23,745 nucleotides of DNA, from positions 1 through 23,745 of the forward strand of contig JAWAQK010000038.1 in the NCBI GenBank assembly GCA_038893995.1, written 5' to 3'. Below are positions 7,478-14,884 of the stretch, piece by piece (within the stretch, counting starts at the first letter, position 1; the number at the start of each line of letters is the position of its first letter). Below the pieces are notes generated by a model. That model did no database searches. It had not been told where the DNA came from and saw only the letters and a program-made list of their open reading frames with translations. The translations under genes were made by a program, and so were the position numbers. Origin of the DNA: Candidatus Thorarchaeota archaeon. Its GTDB lineage: Archaea > Asgardarchaeota > Thorarchaeia > Thorarchaeales > Thorarchaeaceae.

Positions 7478-8233
7478 ATGACTGGCAAGATAATCAGTAT
7501 TCACTCGTTCCGTGGCGGCACCGGGAAGTCAAATATTGCCGCAAATCTGGCTACTCTTGCAGCCCTAGAGGGAAAGAAGGTCGCAGTGATGGACACCGAT
7601 CTGGCCTCTCCCGGAATTCACATAATCTTTGGGCTGGGCCGGACCAAGTTTGCACACACTCTCAACGACTATCTCAGGGGAGAGTGTAACATCACTGATG
7701 CCTGTATAGACCTCACGCGTATGGCTGACATCCGAAAGGGCCAGCTGTTCCTCATCCCGAGTTCTATGACTGCATCGGAGATAACCCGGATCCTTCGAGA
7801 GGGGTACGAGGTCAGCGACCTCAAGAATGGGTTTCATGAGGTCATCAAGAAGAAGAATCTCGACTATCTGATAATTGACACACATCCGGGGCTAGACAGA
7901 GAGACCCTGCTCTCGATGGCCACTGCGGATCATCTGTTTGTCGTCGCACGGATCGATGAACAGGACCTCCTTGGGACTGCTGCAACTCTCAGTGTAGCAT
8001 CCAAGCTGCAGGTCCCAGACACCAAGATAATCATCAACAAGAAGCCCCGAATCTACGATGATAGCGACATAATAGCACAGGTCGAGAGCAAGTTCAAGTG
8101 CAAGGTCGTATCGATCATACCACTGCTTCCGCTACTCATTGAGGTCGGCAGTAGATACATCGTGGTCCTGAGACATCCGGAGAGCGAGTTCACAGGGTGT
8201 ATCAAGCAGATCTACGACAGTCTTGTTGAGTGA
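7478..8233 (+). CDS. MinD/ParA-family (SIMIBI) ATPase
   Basis: Start at in-frame ATG 7478 (MTGKIISIHSFRGGTGKS). Deviant Walker A with R in place of the signature K; switch I VMDTDLASPG; Walker B LIIDTHPG; IIINK. Begins 17 nt after the protein B stop. Confidence 0.9.
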   Translation: MTGKIISIHSFRGGTGKSNIAANLATLAALEGKKVAVMDTDLASPGIHIIFGLGRTKFAHTLNDYLRGECNITDACIDLTRMADIRKGQLFLIPSSMTASEITRILREGYEVSDLKNGFHEVIKKKNLDYLIIDTHPGLDRETLLSMATADHLFVVARIDEQDLLGTAATLSVASKLQVPDTKIIINKKPRIYDDSDIIAQVESKFKCKVVSIIPLLPLLIEVGSRYIVVLRHPESEFTGCIKQIYDSLVE

Positions 8234-8354
8234 TGACAGAGTGCAGACCAGCTCTCTGCATAGTGGTGATGGAGTGTGCGGACCTGTCAGACGCATTATC
8301 TTCGCTGAGTGGAGCTGAGCGTCCGGAACACTGAGTGTCTTTCCTCAGTTTCCG
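8234..8354. terminator. Stem-loops between convergent MinD and AOR genes (possible terminators or processing sites)
   Basis: TGCAGA/TCTGCA (8242-8260) nested within TGACAG/CTGTCA (8234-8289). Second hairpin CGGAA-C-ACTGAG...CTCAGT-TTCCG (8324-8354). Confidence 0.35.
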
Positions 8355-8392
8355 CCTACACGAGGGGAGTCAGACATGACGGTCCATGCCTG

Positions 8393-10213
8393 TCACCGCA
8401 CGAGGCCGGCCAGTCCAAGTTCCCTGAGAGTGACCTCCGTCGGGACACCAGAGCGGTCCCAGCCCCTGAGTTCATAGTATCTGTCGAGGCACTGTTCGAA
8501 GTCTTCGCGGCTGACAAACGCACTCATGCCTGCTCTGGGGCCCTCTGCCTGCGGTGTCCAGAACTTCTCAGGCAGGACATCGTCTCGTCTCGATGCGCCT
8601 TCACGGACGTTGAATAGCCTTGTGAGCGTATCGACCCGTCTTGCGAATCTCATCACGCTGTCCACGTCGTATGTCCTCCCAGTGGCAGCATTCAGAAGTC
8701 GGACCTTCTGATCGATACTCAGGGGCAGTCTGTAGGTGAAATGGCACACGATGAGCGAGTCGGTGAGTATCTTCTCGTCGCGCGATCGCATCATCGACTC
8801 GACCATGTCCATCGCCGACACATTCGGTGGTTCAGTAGTGGCAGGCCAGCCTCGCAGATGACTTCCGCCAACCTCCGCAGTGGCGTATGAGAGGCCCATA
8901 CCTCGTCTTCCACGTGGGTCCCATGCGGCAACGTCGAGTCCCTTGACATGTACTGCCAGCCTCTCCGATCCCTTCCCGATCCATTCTGAGGCCCGCTTCG
9001 TGCCATTCGCCAATAGATCGCCAAGTCCCTGTCTGTGCGCGATCATCCGAATCAGCCGCATTGCAGTCTCAGGGTCGCCAAACTGAAGTGGGACGCCGGT
9101 ATCATCGGCGCTGAGCATACCGTGTTCGAATGCCTCAATCGCGAATCCAATCGCACTGCCAGTGCTTATCGTGTCAAGTCCGTAGTCGTCGCAGAGGTAG
9201 TTCAGCCTCAACAGTCCCTCAAAGTCGTCTATTGAGAGGTTGCCACCAAGCAGTCCGATGCTCTCGTATTCGATAGTCGACTCGACCTCTCTGTCTGGGT
9301 TGTCAGGGTCACGGGTCGCATAGGCATGTGTGCACCTCATGATGCAGTTCGGACAGGACTGATGAGTCCCACGACCGAGTCTCTCATAGGCGGGATACAC
9401 ATCAAGGCCATCAGCAGCAGGGAAGTATCCACTCCTCCAGTTTCGGTGCGGGAACTGTCCCAGCTCATTGGCGACCTTCACCAGGAATCCAGTACCTCTG
9501 TCCTTGAATCCAGTGGTGTGCTCGGCCCACGACTTCACAGTTTCACGGGATACCTGACGCAGGCCTTCTGGGTCAGCCGCTCGTATACTCTTGGAACCGG
9601 ACACGACGACAGCCTTGAGGTTCTTCGAGCCCATGACTGCGCCCACCCCACCCCTCCCGGTCTGGTGAGCCACCTCACAGCTCCCAGTCGCAAACAGGAC
9701 TTGGTTCTCTCCCGCTGGCCCGATCGTGTATATGGCTGATGACTTGCCGTGTCGTTGATGTAGTACCCCTGTCGTGTGATGAATTCCTTTCCCCCAGAGG
9801 CCAGCAGCATCCTCAAAGGAACACACTCCGTTGCTGACGACCAGTACAGTTGGTCTCTCTGCGCGTCCTGTGACCTGCAATGCGTCAAGCCCCGCCCGCT
9901 TCAGCTCACGCCCGAGCGGGCCGCCGCAGTGCGAATCAAGAAAGAGGCCCGTGAGAGGCGACTTGGTGACAAGAGTCCATCGGCCGACACTCGGCCCCTC
10001 TAGACCCTGAAGCGGCCCCGTCATGAACAGCAGCATGTTCTCCGGACCTAGGGGATCCACTCCAGGACCGAGCCCGGTATACAGGAGGTAGGCCCCAAGT
10101 CCCTTGCCACCTATGAATGACTGGTATATCTCCTCATGGATCTCTCTCTTCGATGTCTTCTGGGTCGTCAGATCTACAGACAGCAGAGATCCCGCATAAC
10201 ATTCGTTGACCAT
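8393..10213 (-). CDS. aor: Aldehyde:ferredoxin oxidoreductase family (tungstopterin) protein
   Basis: GGKGLG...DPLGPENMLLFMTGPL, TKSPLTG, IGPAGEN, GRGGVGAVMGSKNLKAV, 4Fe-4S CPNCIMRC, EYES, CDDYGLDTIS, DSLIVC, C-terminal YYELRGWD...PT..TLRELGL. Confidence 0.95.
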   Translation of the reverse strand: MVNECYAGSLLSVDLTTQKTSKREIHEEIYQSFIGGKGLGAYLLYTGLGPGVDPLGPENMLLFMTGPLQGLEGPSVGRWTLVTKSPLTGLFLDSHCGGPLGRELKRAGLDALQVTGRAERPTVLVVSNGVCSFEDAAGLWGKGIHHTTGVLHQRHGKSSAIYTIGPAGENQVLFATGSCEVAHQTGRGGVGAVMGSKNLKAVVVSGSKSIRAADPEGLRQVSRETVKSWAEHTTGFKDRGTGFLVKVANELGQFPHRNWRSGYFPAADGLDVYPAYERLGRGTHQSCPNCIMRCTHAYATRDPDNPDREVESTIEYESIGLLGGNLSIDDFEGLLRLNYLCDDYGLDTISTGSAIGFAIEAFEHGMLSADDTGVPLQFGDPETAMRLIRMIAHRQGLGDLLANGTKRASEWIGKGSERLAVHVKGLDVAAWDPRGRRGMGLSYATAEVGGSHLRGWPATTEPPNVSAMDMVESMMRSRDEKILTDSLIVCHFTYRLPLSIDQKVRLLNAATGRTYDVDSVMRFARRVDTLTRLFNVREGASRRDDVLPEKFWTPQAEGPRAGMSAFVSREDFEQCLDRYYELRGWDRSGVPTEVTLRELGLAGLVR

Positions 10214-10233
10214 CTGTCCTATCCCACCCAGCC

Positions 10234-10380
10234 CTACTCGATTACTATCCTTCGTATCCGCTCGACATTCACGCCGCGCAGTGCGCAGATGGTAGCCTTG
10301 ACCACATCGTGCACAATCTTACGGGCGAACTCATTCAGAGGAATACTCTGACCATTGACTATTAGCTCCAGTTCTTCCAT
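10234..10380 (-). CDS. 48-aa small protein resembling the C-terminal extension domain of archaeal MobB proteins
   Basis: Below the ORF-track cutoff. Hand translation MEELELIVNGQSIPLNEFARKIVHDVVKATICALRGVNVERIRRIVIE*. RBS AGGTGA 6 nt upstream; stop 20 nt before the aor start. Confidence 0.8.
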   Translation of the reverse strand: MEELELIVNGQSIPLNEFARKIVHDVVKATICALRGVNVERIRRIVIE

Positions 10381-10546
10381 GCGTGTTCACCTGACAGCGG
10401 GATATGCAGCCGTGCTTTTCTCAATGGCGGTGCGTATCCTTTCGTGATCAGCTAATGGCCCGCACTGACAAGCACGTGAATCGCTAAGGATAAATACCCC
10501 CCAGATGGTCCCAGCCTCAACTTTAGACCATCCGTGAGGACTCAAG

Positions 10547-12538
10547 ATGTCTGCCACTACAACCAACGCGGGGAACCGTGTGATACGAGAACTGGACCCA
10601 CGTCTACTCCGGATTGCTGGTCTTGGAGGGGTCCTGGGCAGTCTTGCTGCATTGCTGGGCCTGGTATCAGCTGTCAACAGTGACCTGGTACCCGTCGGCT
10701 CTGTGTATATCATCGGGTACCTTGCAGAAGTACTGGTGACGCGACTGGACTCAGCTGCGGCGGGAGCAGTATTCTTCGCCCTGCTAGGCGTTGGTGCATT
10801 GCTACAATACCCTGCATTCAGAAGGGTCGCTCTCAACGTGGGGTCCGGGATGCCTAATGCAGTACTCGCTGCGGGTATCATGGGCATTGTTGCGACGGTG
10901 TATCATCTAGTGGCTTACACGGTGAACACCGCGGCACAGGTTCAGGTGATCAATTACGCCTCCAACACAGTCTTGATCGGATTCCTATTCATAGTTGCGT
11001 GGCAGATCAGTTCTAGTGTGTACGTCGATACCAGCAAGTCCTACGCCTACATGATTGCCGGAATCTGCAATGCACTATTCATTCCCCTGCTGGGTCTTGG
11101 GATAGATGGCCTTGAACCCGCAGGTAACCGACCAGGTCCCTGGACCGTAAATACCAGCATATTCGCCGCATACGCAGTGCTTGCAGTCGGTCAGCTACTC
11201 GTCGTCAAGTACTGGTGGGGCGGCCCGTCGCACATCAGAGAATATGCAAGGAGCACCCCCGCCGCCAAGCTAGGGTTCACTCTCTCCGGACTGCTGGTGT
11301 TCTTGGTGGGACTGGTTCCGTTGTCACTTGCTGTCAGGGACGTATCAGGATTGTCCGTGTGGGTGCCCTGGGGCCAGGCCACGACCTATGGCTTCCCAGA
11401 CTCTATGATCGCCTTCGAAACACCCCCATGGAAGACGCTCAGCGCGCTCTCGCTCATGCTGTTCTGGCTCTCTCTGGCTCCACGCCTCGGAGCTGGTGAA
11501 CTCAAGCTCACGAAGATAAGGTCTGACATTATCTCTGGCGGCATGAAATACTTCCTGATTGTCCTGGCGGTCATGGGCATAATGGGAGGGTGCTTCTCGG
11601 GCTCTCTGAGGGCCGCTACTGCGGGCTCGTATGGAGCGCTTCTGACAGTGGCTCCAGCAGCAGTGTTGTTCATTGTCGGCGCCGCCTACGTGTCCAATAC
11701 CGACGTCGTCTCGGGACTACCACTGGTCACCCTGTCAATGTTCCTGATGGTCTTGCCATCTTCACTGGCGACGATCACAACAACATTGTGGATACTGTGC
11801 ATTGTGACGCACTCCTTCCTTGTCATCGAGACCAAGCTGCGTGGTTTCACCTTCTTCTCCCAACCCATGCTGACAGTGATTGTGTCGGTCGCAGCCTCGT
11901 TACTCTTCGTGCTGTTCATACTGGGTCAACTAGGCACAGGCCCGCCAGCGATATGGCCTGCAAATCGCTGGTTCAACATAGACGTGCTCCCTGGTGTAGA
12001 TGAGCAATACCAGGGCCCCTCTGTGTTCGCCATGCTATTCACCATCCTGATGATCCGCAATGTTGCATCAGTCGGACTCGGCAGGGGACGTGAACTAGGG
12101 AGCGGAGGAGTTCTGATCATCATCAGTCTCCTCTTCATGCTCGGGTCTACGATTGTATCGTCCAACGCGGGTCTGACGCACCAGGCACTGACTGCAGCTG
12201 CATTGATGTTCATGTTCTACACCATCAGTTTCCCGCTGATGCTGTCCACAGTGATATCGATCGGGAATGCAGTTTCCAGGGCTAACCACGAGTTTGAGGG
12301 CACCCTCATGAGGGTCGGAAGCGTCGCCGCGATGGTATTCGGAGTGATCGTCGTCCTGTTTGCATTCAGTGTGTTCTCTGTCACACGACCGCTCGCCAGC
12401 GATGTCGCCCTCGCCGTGGCACTTATGGTGTCGCTCGTTGTGAGCACAGAGATCCTCCAGATCTTCGCGTGGCTGTCCGCAGGGGTGCGGTTTAGGCTCC
12501 TGACACAGGGACTGCGCTTCTCGCGGTCGGCCACATAG
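10547..12538 (+). CDS. Large polytopic membrane protein (roughly 18-20 TM segments), function unknown
   Basis: 663-aa ORF, almost entirely hydrophobic helices with short loops. GAGG RBS and an upstream GATAAATA TATA-like element near 10488-10496. No transporter signature recognised. Confidence 0.8.
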   Translation: MSATTTNAGNRVIRELDPRLLRIAGLGGVLGSLAALLGLVSAVNSDLVPVGSVYIIGYLAEVLVTRLDSAAAGAVFFALLGVGALLQYPAFRRVALNVGSGMPNAVLAAGIMGIVATVYHLVAYTVNTAAQVQVINYASNTVLIGFLFIVAWQISSSVYVDTSKSYAYMIAGICNALFIPLLGLGIDGLEPAGNRPGPWTVNTSIFAAYAVLAVGQLLVVKYWWGGPSHIREYARSTPAAKLGFTLSGLLVFLVGLVPLSLAVRDVSGLSVWVPWGQATTYGFPDSMIAFETPPWKTLSALSLMLFWLSLAPRLGAGELKLTKIRSDIISGGMKYFLIVLAVMGIMGGCFSGSLRAATAGSYGALLTVAPAAVLFIVGAAYVSNTDVVSGLPLVTLSMFLMVLPSSLATITTTLWILCIVTHSFLVIETKLRGFTFFSQPMLTVIVSVAASLLFVLFILGQLGTGPPAIWPANRWFNIDVLPGVDEQYQGPSVFAMLFTILMIRNVASVGLGRGRELGSGGVLIIISLLFMLGSTIVSSNAGLTHQALTAAALMFMFYTISFPLMLSTVISIGNAVSRANHEFEGTLMRVGSVAAMVFGVIVVLFAFSVFSVTRPLASDVALAVALMVSLVVSTEILQIFAWLSAGVRFRLLTQGLRFSRSAT

Positions 12539-12571
12539 GAGATCCAACCATCAAGGTATAGAGGTGCGGCC

Positions 12572-12693
12572 AGGGTCGGGCCGCCCTCTGTGAGGGCATC
12601 GGACCCTACAGTGCAGAGTGTCCAAATCGCGGGCAGGCCACCGCCCCGTATGGGTCTATGGCCGGACCCACAGGGGGGATGATCGCCTGGACA
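12572..12693. other. GC-rich double stem-loop intergenic element between convergent genes
   Basis: Hairpin 1: AGGGTC...GCCCTC-TGT-GAGGGC...GACCCT (12572-12607). Hairpin 2: CAGGC..CCCC..TGGGTC-TATGGCCG-GACCCA..GGGG..GCCTG (12634-12689). Confidence 0.45.
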
Positions 12694-12694
12694 G

Positions 12695-13426
12695 CTAACT
12701 TCTCCCCTTCTCCAGCTCCGCAATCACGCTGGCACAGAGGTCCGGAAAGTCAGTGATTATGCCATCCACTCCCCATGAGACGAGTTCCCGTACGATGTCA
12801 TCATCATTCACAGTCCATGGGACCACCCACAGGCCCGCATCATGGGCTTCTTGAACAAGCTCCTGGGTGACCGTCAGAAAGAACGGGTTTATGGAGTTCG
12901 CGTTGATGTCGGTCGCTCTTCTGACCAGATCGTCGACGGGCTCACTCGTCAGCAACGCAGTCCTGACCTCTTCACCGTACTCCCGGCTCCCATAGTTCCG
13001 TGTCCGAACGAGTGCGTCGTGCATGAAGGATGAGAACATGGTCTGCCGTACCATCTGCCTCATCTCGACCATGTCGAGTGCGCGCTCCTCGACACCCTGG
13101 ACCTTGAGCTCGATATTGACTCCGAGCTTCCCCTGAGCAAATTCGAGCACGTCCTCTAGCAGGGGTACATGCTCGCCACTTCCGACGTCAATCTCTGATA
13201 ACTCCTCGTATGTCATGTCACAGACCCGGACATTGTGGCCTGCAACTCTCTGCAGGTCCTCGTCATGCACGCATACGATCCTACCATCCAGGGTCTCCCG
13301 GATGTCGAGCTCTATCCAGTCTGCTCCGAGCTCGAGGGCTGTCTTGAATGACATCAGAGTGTTCTCTGGTGCTCTTGCTGGCGCCCCTCGATGTCCGATG
13401 ATAAGACATCTGGTACGACGAGTCAT
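12695..13426 (-). CDS. Glycerophosphodiester phosphodiesterase (GDPD; GlpQ/UgpQ family)
   Basis: IIGHRGA..APENTL.SF..ALELGADWIELDI, VCVHD, NIELK, PWTVND, GVDGIITDFP. Confidence 0.95.
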   Translation of the reverse strand: MTRRTRCLIIGHRGAPARAPENTLMSFKTALELGADWIELDIRETLDGRIVCVHDEDLQRVAGHNVRVCDMTYEELSEIDVGSGEHVPLLEDVLEFAQGKLGVNIELKVQGVEERALDMVEMRQMVRQTMFSSFMHDALVRTRNYGSREYGEEVRTALLTSEPVDDLVRRATDINANSINPFFLTVTQELVQEAHDAGLWVVPWTVNDDDIVRELVSWGVDGIITDFPDLCASVIAELEKGRS

Positions 13427-13442
13427 GCTATTGTCCTACCCC

Positions 13443-13763
13443 CTACTGCGAGTCTTCGGGCCTGGCTAGCCCTGTGCCACCGCATCTGGGACAGACCTCA
13501 GTGCCATGGACACCCGTCAATCGTCCAGTACCAGAACAGAAGTAGCACTCACCGCGAGGCTGGTCAAGGACACGGTCGATCTTCATGATATTGGCTGCAC
13601 CGATGCCGACGAGGACGGCAGCTATGAACATCAGGAGCAAGGCTTCCAGATAGAGTCCCTGTGCAGGGAGTGCCATCAGGTAAGATACAAGAAACAGTAC
13701 TGCACCGAGAATGGTCAAGACGACAGATCGAGGACGAATCTCTATCCTATTTGTTCCTGACAC
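13443..13763 (-). CDS. Small 2-TM membrane protein with C-terminal DnaJ-type CxxCxGxG zinc finger
   Basis: Two hydrophobic helices, then CYFCSGTG...CPRCGGTG. Probable GTG start at 13763 (ORF track extends to 13871). Stop is 16 nt before the GDPD start. Confidence 0.75.
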   Translation of the reverse strand: MSGTNRIEIRPRSVVLTILGAVLFLVSYLMALPAQGLYLEALLLMFIAAVLVGIGAANIMKIDRVLDQPRGECYFCSGTGRLTGVHGTEVCPRCGGTGLARPEDSQ

Positions 13764-13895
13764 TGGACATACCACGCCCCGCGGAAACAGACGCGCTATC
13801 CATCTGCTCCGCCCTTTATGCTTTGTGGACCACTGGTATCGAACGGGGCAAGAGATAATAGAGAAAGGCACAGAACCATCTGTAGGTGGACGGTC

Positions 13896-14816
13896 TTGTC
13901 ACGGCCCGACTTCTTCACAAAATATGTTGCAATCTATCAGAAGGCAACCTCGACTGAGGTAGTCCCTGATGGGCCATTCATCAGGCAGCTTGCGGACCTC
14001 TCCGTGTCGGACCTGTCACTTGGGGTGTTCTTCAAGGCAAGAAGGGAGAAGACTCCAAAACAGGTCTACATTCGCCAGCCCATTCCTTACGAGGTCGCCA
14101 ACATGGAGGGGCTGCTCGAACTGGATAGTGTCACATACTTGAGCCGAACTATCATCAGTGATGTGAAGGGCCTTCAGTACCTCCGCCTGGTCCTCTCCGC
14201 TGGGACTCTGCTTGAGACCCCGGAGGATCGCTACAAGTTCTTGAGAAAGTGCCAGAGGGTGATAGACACCTTTGTCAGGAAAGCCAGGAACATAGTCCAT
14301 CTGGGAGTCATGTCTCCCTTCAGATGCGATCGCAAGATCAAGACGCTGAAGGAGTTTCTGGAGTCTGACCTGAAGATGGACGATGTCGGTGTAGAGGCCG
14401 CCATGATACCGTTCCTCGTCGCTCGTCCGGAATATGTTGTGCTCAACGACAACAGCATTCTCGTTGTCGGCGACGAGCCCTCAGTCGCCCACGGTACATT
14501 CCATCTAGTGGGTGGGATTGGCTATATCTTTGACAAGGGTGTCGGTGCTATCCAGGAGGAGCGAATGTTCCGCACTAAGGCAGATCTCTCAGTGCATGGC
14601 TTCACCGAGGCATACATTGACTCGGTACTATCGACGATAACATCAGACTTCCAGACTAACATCCACTCGATTCTCTTCTCCGATATCTGGAGAAAGTCCA
14701 ATGAGAAGCCGAAGGCCATCAACTTCGGAGAAGTGTTGGTGAAGGCATACCCCGAGAGCGACATCTGGTCCGGCGTATTCGAGATGTATCTTCGGCAGCT
14801 GCCAGCAACAGCGTGA
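13896..14816 (+). CDS. Hypothetical soluble protein (~306 aa)
   Basis: Long ORF with coding-like composition. In-frame TTG 13896 is preceded by AGGTGG (ORF track start 13818). No motif recognised. Confidence 0.75.
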   Translation: MSRPDFFTKYVAIYQKATSTEVVPDGPFIRQLADLSVSDLSLGVFFKARREKTPKQVYIRQPIPYEVANMEGLLELDSVTYLSRTIISDVKGLQYLRLVLSAGTLLETPEDRYKFLRKCQRVIDTFVRKARNIVHLGVMSPFRCDRKIKTLKEFLESDLKMDDVGVEAAMIPFLVARPEYVVLNDNSILVVGDEPSVAHGTFHLVGGIGYIFDKGVGAIQEERMFRTKADLSVHGFTEAYIDSVLSTITSDFQTNIHSILFSDIWRKSNEKPKAINFGEVLVKAYPESDIWSGVFEMYLRQLPATA

Positions 14817-14884
14817 CCGAAAGTCTCAGGTCTCAATGTTGACGGGTGAGATTACCGAGCCATTGAAACGGGAGGTCATCAGAC

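Noticed and set aside
12539-12694. Intergenic hairpins as SECIS elements
   Set aside because: Both flanking genes end in TAG and have no in-frame TGA at a Cys-equivalent position; no convincing SECIS core was identified.
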